From Eledone cirrhosa (taxonomy: Eukaryota), in contig OZ024758.1 of the NCBI GenBank assembly GCA_964016885.1, forward strand, positions 5,952,001 through 6,016,000: DNA of 64,000 bases, read 5' to 3'. How positions within the stretch are numbered: the stretch's first letter is position 1; each line of letters starts with the position of its first letter. The notes beneath the pieces were generated by a model, which did not search any database, was not told the origin of the DNA, and saw only the letters and a program-made list of their open reading frames with translations. Made by a program: the position numbers and the translations under genes. Shown piece by piece: positions 41,226-55,433 of the stretch.

Positions 41226-42525
41226 TGTGTATGTATATATATATATATATATATAACTTTGATAGGTTTCGGCCAGTATTGGCCCAGGTCATATCTAACT
41301 TAATAGCACCACACGCCTTAAAACAGGTTTGTATTATAGACTCAAAGGTAGTTTGGTAGTAAAATGATTTAAAGATAAGGAAAGGAGCCAATCGTCAGTG
41401 GGATAAAAGACAATGTTTCCATTCCTAATAAACACTGGAAGAGAATTCAGAGAAAATATTGAAGAGAATAAGTTTAGGAAGCTGTTAACTCTTTTGTAGC
41501 TAAGTGTTCTTCTCCAAGTTAAATGTAGCCTATATGAAGCAGAAATAATAAATGTTATGTTGCATGGCAGTGGGACAGAAACATTAAATGTGAAAGCTGG
41601 AAAAAAAGGAGGTCAGTATTATCCAAATTATGATGCTATTTTATGAAGCGGAGTCCAGGTGAGTTGAGCATCAAATGTAGTAGCTGGTTTATGTAAGGGA
41701 GATAACTGTGTTATGCACTAAGTACAGTAGTTGAAAAAACCCCACTGATAATAGAAGGAATGGAAAATTATTGGGTTATGCCTCACTAACAAGAAGATAG
41801 AGAATCAAAAGTGATAATATTCTGTAATGCATATTAACACTTCCTATACTAGGTTGTGTGTTGTGTAATTGAGCAAAACATTTCACTTCATACTACTACA
41901 GTATAATCAGCTGAAAATTCTCTTTAATCATTCATTTTGCTTTTTCTAATGGTTAGAATCATCCACCGATGTTGTCCAAGGGAAAGGCAATGGCCGATAC
42001 AGCCTGGCATCAGTGACATTGCAACTCATTTCTACAGCTGAGTGACCTGGAGCAGCAGGAAAAAAAAGTGTCTTTCTCAAGGACACAATGCATCACCCGG
42101 TGTGACAATTGAACTCACAACCTCCTCATTACAAGCCCAACGCTCTAACCACTAAGCCGTGCGCCTTTGCCTGAAAATGAGTACCAGCAATAGCTAGGGG
42201 TTTAAATCTTCGATGGATGGGCCTCCTGTCCAGGAGGAGTCTTGTACCCTCAGTCGTTTCATGCCATGGAAGCTGGGATAAGCAATGAGGCTTATTTTTC
42301 AACATAGCCCCTGGAAAGAAATAATGCAGTTATTAATAAGAAGAGTTGAAATTAATGCATGCAAGATTTCACAGCTCTAGCACCACTCTTTCGTAGCCAG
42401 CCTATAAAATTTTCAGCCTACCCTTGTAATAAGATTTGCTTAATATAGCATATAACAGTTTTATGTGTAATGTTCTGGATACATTTTATCCAGCTGGTAA
42501 CAGGAATAAATAAATAAATAAATAA

Positions 42526-42586
<61 letters not shown>

Positions 42587-42640
42587 TAGAACACTGGAGG
42601 GTTATATCCATAGTAGTAAAGTACTCGGTCCATGGGATGA

Positions 42641-42688
42641 GTTACCAAGCTGACGATCCGAATAGGTGAAACAATTGTTATCGGTAAT
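42641..42688 (+). ncRNA. Degenerate type I hammerhead-like motif
   Basis: CTGACGA-tccgaataggt-GAAA-CAATTG-TT with palindromic stem III; stem I only partly paired (ttacc/ggtaa). Confidence 0.4.
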
Positions 42689-42880
42689 GGTGAACTAATT
42701 GTTGTGGAACTACTTCTATATATTACATACATACATACATACATGATGGCTTCCAACTCGTTTTCGAGTACGGCCACTACTTTATATCCATGTAGGAGAA
42801 CCCTACTGATGCGCTGAACGAGTGTGACTTTTCAGTCCAGCCAGCGACTTGAAAACTCTGGTACAAACACTACACTTGTG

Positions 42881-42937
<57 letters not shown>

Positions 42938-42989
42938 TAGATAGATAAGGAAAGGAAAGACATAAATACTACCATTTACTTGGACAGCC

Positions 42990-43040
42990 AGCTTCCTGAT
43001 GATTTCTCACGAATGAAACAGTTCTAGTCCTGTAGAAGCT
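42990..43040 (+). ncRNA. Type I hammerhead ribozyme motif
   Basis: AGCTTC-CTGATGA-tttctcacgaat-GAAA-CAG(ttctagtc)CTG-TA-GAAGCT: 6-bp stem I, intact core boxes, stem III, GUA triplet (cut after 43034). Stem II is short and opens with U-U. Confidence 0.72.
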
Positions 43041-43131
43041 CTTCTATATTAAAACTTTTATACTCGTATATATATATATATCATCATCATCTTCGTTTAA
43101 AATGGACATTAAACGAAGATGATGATGATGA

Positions 43132-43238
<107 letters not shown>

Positions 43239-43264
43239 CGAGTATAAAAGTTTTAATATAGAAG

Positions 43265-43315
43265 AGCTTCTACAGGACTAGAACTGTTTCATTCGTGATA
43301 AATCATCAGGAAGCT
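43265..43315 (-). ncRNA. Type I hammerhead ribozyme motif (inverted copy)
   Basis: Reverse complement of 42990-43040 with one substitution in stem II (tttatcacgaat). Confidence 0.68.
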
Positions 43316-45091
43316 GGCTGTCCAAGTAAATGGTAGTATTTATGTCTTTCCTTATCTGGTGGTAGGAGAGGGTGGGGATTGGGATGGGTGTAGGTCATTG
43401 GTGAAGACAATCATCATCAGCACCCGGTGGCCTCAGCCGAAATCAACTCAACAATTGATCTCCACGTGGCTGTGTCATTCATTGACGTTGCCAAATCCTG
43501 GATTTCAATACCAGAATCTCTGGAGATGACATCAGGATAGGAGAGCTTGCCCCCCCCCCCCCTCCCCCCCACCATCCTGTTATTAGTGACAATAAGTCAC
43601 CATGGAAGATCCTCCTTTCTTATTTCTTGCTGTCCCTTATAATAATCCAGTTCATCTGTACCTCTCTTTGCAGCCATATATCCCCTTCTGACACTTTTCA
43701 TCTTTTCTTTATAAATAAATGAGGCAACCCTTTTGACAAATTTTCAAAAACGTTTCATTAAACCATCTTTGTTTTATAATCTAGTTGATTAATAATGCAT
43801 GAGAGCTTATATGCATATATTTCATCCTCTTTTTCTAGAACCATATATATGACTAAGTGTTACACAATAAATGCACCCAGTATATACTGCAATGTGGTTG
43901 GTGATAGGCAGGGCATCCAGCCGTAGAAAGCTTGCCAAACAAAGGGTTGGGAAGACCCTCATTTGTTTCAAAGACATGACAACCTCTCTTGTGTATTCTG
44001 AGACAGTACATAAACAAGTCAACAAATCCCTGGCTTGTTTGATAGATCAGTAACCCTGTTTCAGTAGTGACTTGGTTTATGTATACCCATCTATCCCATG
44101 CTAGCTGGAAAAATGGACTTTAAAACGATGATGATTGCTATTATTAAAACATGTAATTAAACTGGAAATAATGGTTAACATTGTTTGGTTCTACCAAACA
44201 ATAATACCACTAAACAATAAACAAACACATTTACCCTTAAACAATAGTCTCCATCCCACTCAACATTAATATTGCTCATTCTTTGTATTTTACTTAGGCT
44301 GTAAATTATCAAATTAAATATAAAAATATTACAAGCACTAAGATCACAATAAACCACAAATAGGTACTCATTAAGTCTCACAAAAGTGAAAACTTTTGTT
44401 TTTATAATGTCAGTATCTACAATACTGTACTTTTGACCTTGATGTTTGAGGTACCTCTATATATAACCATCTACAATCTGGTTGGTTTTGCCCATAAAAT
44501 CTGTGCAGTGATTCTTTCCTGAGACATAATAATGTCCACAGTATCGGAGCTGTGATATCTCAATCCATTGTTGAAACAATAATACAAAGGGATTTCATAT
44601 TCATTGGGAACAGGATTTGTGAGGGTCAATAAGGGAAGAAAAACAACTTGAGAAGATTAAGGGCATATTTAATCATCTTGATACAAGACAATAGAGTAGT
44701 GTCAAAGAGTGACATGAGTTTAACAAGATAACTAAAAAGGAGTTTAGTGGGGCTTATAGGCCTATAGGCCTAAATGATGGAACAATATCAATGGTTGTGT
44801 TTGTATGAATTAGGATCCAAATAGATAGTTGATGTATGAAGTGTGCTTATACTATGGTTAGCAGCAGTGGGTGAGAATGCAGAGCAAGAAATTAGTTCTT
44901 ATATGATGGTACATGATAACAGTTTGGGATCTACAGTAGAAATTTGTATTGGTGAATTTCCAGAGAGCTTTCTTCTGATAGAAACCAGACCACCAAATAA
45001 TAAGAGCATTGTCATTGATGGCTGGTTTAATTGTGATCTTGCTATGGATTTGTAGGTGCTGAAATATGTGGAGGTTGTGAAGAGTTATATA

Positions 45092-45431
45092 CAGTTGTCC
45101 CCCGGTATTCAGGGGGGTTAAGTTCCTAGAGCACTCGCGAAGAGTGAAAACCAGCGAATATTGGACGTGGTCCATAAAAATGCCTATAAACGTCAAAACA
45201 TAACATAAAAAATAGGCTGGTAAATATAGTATATTGTTATTAATAATTTAGCGTTATAAAGCATGAAAAAATATATATTGCCACAAAAAAGTGATAAAAA
45301 AATCACAGAAGATATTTGTGATTCTGCAAATATGGTGGTTTCCACAAACAATTATTAGTTAGGTTCTAAGGAAAATTCCACGAATAACCGGGACCATGAA
45401 TACCGGGATCACGAATGGTAGGGGTACATTG
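45092..45431. mobile_element. pogo/Tigger-like MITE
   Basis: TA-CAGTTGTCCCCCGGTATTC ... GAATGGTAGGGGTACATTG-TA, with repeated gaataccggg subterminal motifs. Confidence 0.65.
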
Positions 45432-46919
45432 TATTATGTTTCTTGAATTGTGACTTAGTTGATTCCACCAGCCCCATGTGTTGTACAAGTTCTGCAATAA
45501 AAACATTGATGTTATTAAATGCAAGACTTTCCTTTCAAAGTAGAGCTTAACAGATGTGGTTATTTTGATGTTATCAAGACAGTAATAATATAGAATGGAG
45601 ATTTTGTCACCAAGATGATCATTTATCAATTTGACATTATCACATGGCTAGGTCAACAGAGCACCTCTTTAGTGTTGCAGTCAGTAGATAAACATTAATT
45701 GAAACAACGTGACTAACATAAAGTCACTATTTAGAGACTTTTGAGTCGCACCTTCTTTAAACTCTAAGTCAGCTGTCACTTTTTATAGGGAATTTGAGTA
45801 ATTTTCTTAAGACACTAATTACCAAACCTACACCATCTGGATGATTTCTTCTCAATATTGATTAATATGTAAGCAATATGAAAGAAGATATATGGTTCCA
45901 ACCGCAACAAAGCTGGTGAAACCTAACCCAGATGAAATAATTGTTTCTGATTTAGGCACAAGGCCAACAATTTTTTGGGGAGGTGAAAGTACTTTGTTTT
46001 ATTAACCCTGTAAAGATGAAAGACATTAGTAGGATTTGAACTCAGAACGTAAATGGCTGTAACTCTATACTACAAAGGTTGGTGTCTGATGCTCTACTGA
46101 TACTACCAATCCACTACCCTCTCATCAGATGAAATAATCAGCTTTCTATTATTAGGCCTGCATGTTGTCTTCAAGATTTATAGTCCTGGAATTATTTTTG
46201 AATAAGGCTATAAATATATTTTTATATAGAATTCCTTAATTCATGTACTTTAAGTTATATGACATAATTTTTCTTAAATTTCTTTAATACTCAATCCATA
46301 ATTACTGAAAAGAACACTGAAGACATTCTATTGATAAATGTGGTAGCTGTATATTGACTGGCTGACTTTCCCTCCCCAAAATTGTTGGCCTTGTGCCTAA
46401 ATCAGAAACCATTATTAGAAACATACGAAGGGCGATAGATTGACAGAATCGGTAGAGTATCGAACATGCTGCACGGCATAGAGTTACCCCCCTTAGGTTC
46501 TGAGTTCAATTCCTGCCGAGGTTAGCTTTGCCATTCATCCTTACGGGGATGAATGGTAAAATAAAGTACCAGTAACACACTGGGGTTGAATTAATCGACT
46601 TTCTCCTTCCTTTTAAATTGCTGGCCTTGTGCCAAACGTAGAAACAATTATTTAGAACTCTTAAAATGCTATAAAATGAGTGGTTTAAATTTTCCGATTG
46701 ATTTTAAGTTGAAACTAAATAATAGTTATTAAATGTGAGGTGAATGATGTGATTCTGTAACACATGCTGAGAGATATCTATTGAATATATATATGTTAAA
46801 TTATGAGCGCTAAGAAAATTACAGGTTGTCACTTTAAAATGTATACAATTGTCTCTGAGCCAAGCCAGGTGGTCTGTTTCTAATGCATAGATGCATATTT
46901 ATCTTGAGCCACGGAAAGT

Positions 46920-46927
46920 TATTTAAA
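46920..46927 (+). promoter_or_regulatory. TATA-like element upstream of the micro-exon gene
   Basis: TATTTAAA 60 nt upstream of the ATG at 46980; weak evidence in AT-rich DNA. Confidence 0.25.
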
Positions 46928-46979
46928 GGACGAATATTATAGAAACCTGTAAGTATTTCTCTTCAGCATACCACAGAAG

Positions 46980-47010
46980 ATGAAGACAAGTATCTTAATT
47001 GTTGCTCTGG
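46980..47010 (+). CDS. Micro-exon gene exon 1: signal peptide N-part ([10 protein letters not shown])
   Basis: aagATGA start context, 31 nt, donor G|GTAAGC, phase 1. Confidence 0.78.
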
Positions 47011-47796
47011 GTAAGCAGTTTCCTCAATATCACCTTATGTTTTCTACCATTTCAGTCTTTTAAGCAATTAATTCACTTTCTGTAATTGTATCAGGTTATA
47101 TTTTAGTTGAAACCCATCAGGTTTCTGTATCTATATCACAATGTACCAGAAAACTGACATAATGCAGGAATTTTGTTTTAATTTAGAATAATTAATTAAA
47201 CGAAAGAATTTAATTTCTTGAACTCATTTAAAAAAGTTAGTAATTTAGTTGGTATTCTATGATGGTTCACTTCTTATTTAAATGTCAAAAATATCTGAGA
47301 TAGTTGTTAATATGATTATAATTTTCAGACTATAACCGTATATTTAGAGATTAGATATTTAATTGTAAAGGTTAAACACAGTTTCATCTCTAAAGATATA
47401 AGAAGTGTAAGCAATAATAATCTATACGTTGACTTGACTTTTGTTGTCCATAATTTTACATACTCTTATATACATTCGAAAAAATATGGAAAGTTTTAAT
47501 CAGTAGTGTAAGCAATAATAATTTATAGCAGAGATGGTCAACCGGGGTCACCAACCCCCTCACGGCCACGTAATACCCTCAACGCCCAGAGTGGGTAATA
47601 TGAAAAGATTCGGGACCCAGACGGCTGATCTCCGGCCGTTTCGACAGCTAGATCTGAGCTGTTTGGATCTAACTGTCAAAACGCCTGGAGCTCAGCCGTC
47701 GGGGTCCTGAATCTTTTCATATTACCCACTCTGCTACGCCAAGTATCGAGTACTCGGGTGGGTTATGGTCTAACTGGCTTTTACCACACCCTATCT

Positions 47797-47856
<60 letters not shown>

Positions 47857-50028
47857 ATGATAAAGAACGTGGATTCAGTGTTGCATCATATCACATTTAA
47901 TAACATATTACATATGTTTCTCTATCGATCAGCTCGAGGCAAGATCTATTACAGATCGAACATGACTCTGAAATCGAAAGTTCTTCAGTTAGTTTAGTAT
48001 GATATTATACTCTGCTCTAAAGACACTGTATTTCACGTTGCGCCAGTTTACTCAGCTGTAGAAATGAGTTGAGACGTCACCGGTGCCAAGGTGTATCGAC
48101 CATTGCCTTTCCCTGGGGCAGAGAGGGGAGACTCGTATGCAAGGGTGACTGCTGGTCTTCCACAAACAGCCTTTCCAGGACTTGTGCCTCGGAAGAGAAC
48201 TTTCTAGGTGCAAATCTTATGGTCATTCGTGACCGAAGGGGGTCTTCACTTTTTATATATATAAGGATAAGTAGTTTGCATCATTTCCACCGTTACTGCG
48301 TATATATCTAAAGAAATTAACCCTGAATTATGCGACCTATCTATGTAGAAAATGGTTCAATAGTGTCTCCCTACTCACCACCATAGGCGCTGAGCTGGTC
48401 AGCCGCAGGTGTGAGTCTTACGAGCTGGAGTGGCTTTTCCAGCGCGTCTCCCTTGCCGTCCTCCAGGCAAACGCCTTCTCCATTCTGTCCGCCGGGGCTG
48501 TGGGGAGGCCACCAATATGATTGACTGACTTGTCATTTTATCAGTGAGGACAGAAATTATTTCATTTAGTTTTAATGAAATATAAGTTTCACTGTGATCA
48601 CAGCTCCCTCAATTGTGTGAAAATTGCAAATACTATTTCAGGATCGCTAAATATAAACGTAATGAACTTTCAAATGAAATTAGCTACATCCTTAGAATAC
48701 TGTCCAAGATTCTGTTCGTGTAATATATTTATTCCATGGGTATTATAGCTTTGGAGGCGTGTGGCCTCGTGGTAAGGGTGTTTCACTTACGATCATATTG
48801 TCGTAGGTTTGATTCCTAGACTATGTTGTGGTTTGAGTAATACATTTCATTACAATGCTCAGCTGAAAATGAGTACCAGTAATAGCTGAGGGTTTAACAT
48901 TGCGATGGACTGGCGTCCTGTCCACGGATACCTGGATAAGCACCAGCCTAATGGGTCTCCGAGCTCGAGACAAGTTTTATACCATTTTCTTTTAAAGATA
49001 TAATTAGAATCTTTAAAAACTCTCCCCACCGAAGTTAACAAAGAACTTACTAGATCTACAAAACCAAATTATAATTTTTTCTAAAGATATAATTAAAATA
49101 ATGACTTCATGTTTGGAAAAGAAATTGTTTTTTATTGATAAATTTATTTTTCTATTTCAGCCTTCTTCGCCACTGTGAGGTCAATCTCAATAGGTAAATA
49201 TAACTATTCAAGATTAGTTAAACATGAACGTGTGGCATGAAGATCGCTTACGCCCCGAAAGATTCATAGTATATAGTTTATATCTTGGCACCAATGATGT
49301 GCTTTGTAGTTATTTTCTTGTAATTGTATAAATGAAAACAATATAAAGAGCAATATTTATATATAAAAATGATAAAAGGTTTTTATGAGTAATTTTCTTG
49401 ATACGAAAGAGGAAATGATGAAGGAGTGAAGAAATATGTATGAACTGTATATCTATATAATCAATCGAGGGTTTATGAGTTCACTCTTAGACCGGGAGAT
49501 GCGTTGAGTAAGACACTTTATTTCACGTTGCTCTAGTTTACTCAGCTGTAGAAATGAGTTGCAACGTCACTGCTGCCAAGCTGTATTGGCCATTGCTTTT
49601 TTCTTGGACATCATCGGTGGCGTGGAGAGGGGAGGCTGGTATGCATGAGTGAATGCTGGTCTTCCTCAAACAATCTTGCTCGGACTTGTACCCGGCCAGA
49701 ACCAAAAAGTTTAAAACTATTACCACCTCTGTTAGCCAACTATCAGAGAACGAAGGACAACTTCGGACAGAGATATGAACTCTCCTCTCTAAATATGTAT
49801 GTAAAAACTAATAATTTTTCTTCCCCATTTTATCATTATTCGTATAAATATGCAACTTAACTGCACTTCCGCCGTTGAAAAAGCATATAATGCTGAAACC
49901 GGTACCACTATTGAATGCGGAAATACCCACTTTATAAATAAATGTTTTGATATTATACTGAAAAAATCCCTCCAGCATTTTCTACTGAATTACTATTTGT
50001 TTATATATATCAACTCGTGTGTTACTTT

Positions 50029-50088
<60 letters not shown>

Positions 50089-51930
50089 AATGGAAGTTTA
50101 GTAAAATCGAATTTTCGGCTGTAGCCAAGCCAACGAGATACAATGAGGAATTGTGCAGCCAAGCACTCCATGAGGAATCTCAGAGTAATAACATTCGTTA
50201 GACGGCATGACAAATTGAAAACTGTGGCAGGCAAGCCCAGTCACGACACCGAAGCAACGAGAAAACCAACAGGTTAATAAAACAAACCTGGACCATCTTG
50301 GAGGCAGATCGTCGTTTCTCCGAAAGGTTTCTATGAATCCCTAATCAACAATCCTACTTGCGCAAGTATGCAAGTTTTTGGTGTTTGAAGACCGAACTGG
50401 GGATTCATGTTATCAACAGGTTTCCGTTCTGTGCCTTGAAGTAGTAAGCCAATATATATATATTACATCCTTCCAACACTGGATTGGTGAATATACAACT
50501 GGATATATACACACACCCATATATATTTGTTACAACATATAGACACTTACTTCGATTTACACAAATGTCTATTTACTCTAGCTTTGGAGAAAACACCCCC
50601 AAATGCAATAAAAGACGAAGAAATAAGTAAGTACACGATAATGATGTATGTATATATGTATTTATGTATGGATATGTATGTATGTATGTATGTATGTATG
50701 CATGTTTATGTATGTATGCATGCATACCTACATGCATGTATATATGTATGTTCATGTATGTATGCATCATGTATGTATGTATGTATGTATGTATGTATGT
50801 ATGTATGTATGTATGTATGTATGTATGTATGTATGTCTTTCTCTTAATTTCGAGTACATTTTTGACAGGCCACCTTCCTGGTGGCAAGGTTGTAAAAGAA
50901 AAGAAATTGTCATTCTTTGAATCGCAAGAATGTTTTGCAAATTTTGAAGGTGCCAGATAACGCAACCATCTGTAGTCTATGAATTAGGGAGCTGCGCTCT
51001 TTGTCCAAAAATCCAAGTTAACTTTAGCGTCTGAATGAGTATCTGTGTGTATGTGTGTATATATGTGTATATGTGTGTTTTGAATCCCTACCTCCTTGCG
51101 GACAACTGACAACTGATGCTGTACACCAGGTCCGAACACAGAAGAGCCGAACTCCAACCATCTCTCTTGCCCTCCCCATCTCTCACTATTATGAGAAAGT
51201 GGGACCCCTTGTGCTGGCCGCCCCACGCCCCCGGCAGACAGAATAGAGAAGGCGTTTCCCCGGAGGATGGTAAGGGAGATGCGGTGGAAGAGCCATTCCA
51301 TCTCGTTAGGCTCACACCTGCAGCTAGCTAGCTCAGCGCCTATGGCGATAAGTAGGGTGGTAGCCCTAGGGCCAAGGACACCAGAAGTCTTTACTGCTAG
51401 GTGCTCGATTGCAAACCTGTCGGAGAGCGACCGGTACTTGGAGAGTTCGCCCGCCTCAGCCGGAAGAGCAATGAACCTCTGTATCGGACAGAGAAGAGAA
51501 TAAATCGCTGTTTCCACCCCACCACACCTATACTTTTGAAATTTGGGATTGCTATAAAGACAATATAGATTTCCTTTGACTACAGAATACACCAGAAACA
51601 GACATGAATTGCTACTGTCCATCTATATATCTAAAACAGAGAATGTCTGTCTGTCTGTCTGTCTGTCTGTCTGACTTCCTAAAACTCGAGAACCACCCAA
51701 CCAATTGTTCTCAAACGTTACACATGTAATACTTATGGTCCTGTGAGTGTTTTGAGCAAAATATATTTCACATTTTCAATGCCCTAGGGACCGCATTAGG
51801 CGATTTAGCGATCTCTCTCTATAATTCTTAGTCTTTCTTTTTAGATAGATACATAGATATAACGTTGCGCCTTATAATATCTGTCTGCATTACGACATTA
51901 TGACGCTATATGTGTGTGTGTGTGTGTGTG

Positions 51931-51973
<43 letters not shown>

Positions 51974-52081
51974 TGTAACGTTTTTCGAAATATTTACTTC
52001 TACATTCACAAATGTTTTTAGTTTCAGAAGATCCCGTTAAGGGTGAAAGCAGCGATTCTTTGCTTACACTTTAATCTGTTA

Positions 52082-52128
<47 letters not shown>

Positions 52129-52690
52129 TAAAAAAACGAAAAATCAGTGATGCATCTGGACTCAGTTTACTGCGTGTTACAATTGTTTCGCCGGCAGGTA
52201 ACTCGAGACGTGATCTCAACGTGAGAAAATTTGCTCCGAAAGAATTGCATGTGTCCGAAGGAACTTGCAGCCGTAGAATCAGCTAGATCTATACAGTGAT
52301 CATGTCTCGAGCTACCTGCCGGCGAAACAATTGTAACACGCAATAAACTGAGTCCAGATGCATCACTGATTTTTCGTTTTTTTTAATACTATTCACACTC
52401 TGCTCTATAAGAATATTGAGTGCTAATTTTGGTATACCGCCTATGGAAGCACCATAGCTACCATTATACACACGTATATATATATATAGGAACGAGTAGG
52501 ACCCCCGATGACTGAGCTCAAGCCGTTTCGACGGCTAATTCTGGACTAAATTTAGTCCAGAATTAGCCGTCGAAACGGCTTGAGCTCAGCCGTCGGGGTC
52601 CTACTCGTTCCTATTACCCACTCTACTACCCTAAGTATTGAGTACTTTGGTGCATTATGGTCCATCGGGTTCCTTACCACATTTCCTTCG

Positions 52691-52729
<39 letters not shown>

Positions 52730-54110
52730 TATATTCGTGTACAGATATTTTTGCATACACAATAACAAAATATAAACAAACGTATTTATTTCACGAGGCT
52801 TGATAAGGATAAATATATATCAAATATATAAGAACCCTAGAGCAAATCCCCATCAACGCCGGGTCATTCTGCTAGTATTCACTAAAACATGACTCTCCCA
52901 ATGTTTGGAGCGACATTTTCCTAAAATTCGATGCCTAATCACGTGATATTCCCCAAAAAATCAAAATCCCTGCACACGAAGAATGAATATAAGCATAGAT
53001 ATAGATTCGCACACATATGTATTTGGTATTGAATATATTTCACATACTTCGATTTACACATATCTCTATTTACTAAAATATATATAATATTTCTTTTCAG
53101 TTTTCAAGAGAGCAACACCAAAACCAACGCCAACCACAAATGGAACAAGTAAGTACACAATAAGGATGTATGTGTATCACATTAGACAAATGGTCTCTGG
53201 TATAATCTTGAGGTTAACTTTAGCTTCTGAACGAAATATATACTAATAAATTTACTAAATCACACTACCGTAAGATGGTTTGTGGCAACTACCGTATTTC
53301 CCGACGTCGAAGACGCTACTTTTTTCCTAAAATAAGTCTCAAAAATTTAAAATGCATCCTGAAGGCCGAAGGTTGTTTATTATTTTTTTCAAGGCGGTGG
53401 ATTGGCAGTATCGGTAGAGGGTCGGACGCCATGCTTTCCAGCATAGTTACGTCCCTTTACGATTTGAGTTCAAATCCTGCCGAGGTTGACTTTGCCTTTC
53501 ATCCTTACGGGGTCGATAAAATAAAGTACCAGTAATGCACTGGGTAATTGCTGGCCTTGTGCCTAAAGTAGAAACAATTATTTTTTTCAATTTTTGGCTG
53601 TCAAAATTAGGATGCGTCCTCGAGGAATACGATATATCATTGCCACACACTAGTGGAATGAATTCAGGAAATAGAGAATGAATTCTGATAGAGATTTAAT
53701 AGTGTAGTGGTAATATTGAATCAATTATTTAGGATTATCAATATATATATATATATATACAATACATAAATAGAGAAAACCTTAAGCGATACTCCGACCA
53801 ATTCCATCTCACTCAACAAACATTAGGATATACTTAAGTATTATCCCAATTTAGTGTTTGGGGTGCTAACTAATCAGTATTTCGTGGATAGTTGGTTGTA
53901 TTATTTTATATGAGACATTATTAAATAAATATCTCTTTCCTTCCAGACGGCCATTTCGTTATAAGATTTCTACAATTTGGGATAAATAATTTCCAGGGTA
54001 TGTAGAAACTTGTATATAATCCGTAGCGGGCTCATAAACTCATCAGTGGATGCCCAAATTAATATCGATATAAGAATTATATCGACATTAATAGAATGGT
54101 GATGGCCTCC

Positions 54111-54179
<69 letters not shown>

Positions 54180-54648
54180 CATGTTTTTTACATGTTACAA
54201 TACAACACAATAGGAGGGAACATGATAATAGTATATATATATATTTATATCTGTATTTTTAAACGATGGTCAGTCAATGATAAACATTGATTGCCAAATA
54301 AATTAACTATGGAGATATAAAAGATACAGAAGCGAAAAAACCAACCAAACAGTGTGTTTTTTTTGCTTGTCATTTTTTTCTTGTGCTTTTTGCTTTTACT
54401 TTTACTTACACTTCCAACCAGTGCTGCCTGTAATTGTGTTATTTCAAGCGGAACATCTTTTTAACTCCTGAATCTCCACATGATGCCTTTGACACTAATA
54501 ACAACTATGTACCCTAAATGTTCTAAATGACTAGGATTCTTGTTACACGTTTTCGACATTCCTTATGCTCCGATGATTCCAGACTTCCCTCTGGAAGAAA
54601 CAATTGCCAGCTAATAAATGTTCTAAACTAAAATTTGATCGTTTTAAC

Positions 54649-54702
<54 letters not shown>

Positions 54703-55242
54703 CTATAGTATATATATCTATTTACTATATGTATATCTATTTACTATAATATATATATTTATTTACTATATGTATATATAACATTTTTTTTTCAGCTGCG
54801 GAGAAAATAATCTCAATATGGAGTGAAGGCAAACAAATATGTAAGTACACGATAATGATGTATATGTATGTATGTATGTATGTATATATATATATATATG
54901 TATATATATGTATATATATTCCCAGTGAAAAATAGTTTAATTAGGAATAAGTATAAATTAGTAATAAGTATTGGTTAGTATTCAGTTTTAGTTTTAAGTT
55001 TTTACCGGTTGCGCATTTCTAATGCTTTTCAAAAATAATTTTGAGATAGAGCGCTCGTGATGTTTGCTCTATCACGAGCGCTCTATCTCAAAATTATTTT
55101 TGAAAAGCATTAGAAATGCGCAACCGGTAAAAACTTAAAACTAAAACTGAATACTAACCAATACTTATTACTAATTTATACTTATTCCTAATTAAACTAT
55201 TTTTCACTGGGAAAAATTTGTCAGCATTTTCTTTTCCTTTTA

Positions 55243-55311
<69 letters not shown>

Positions 55312-55398
55312 GTGTGTGTGTAAATATATAAATTATCCTTCCCTCACAATATTGGTGATTATACGAATGAACATATACTCACACACATATATCTATTT

Positions 55399-55433
<35 letters not shown>

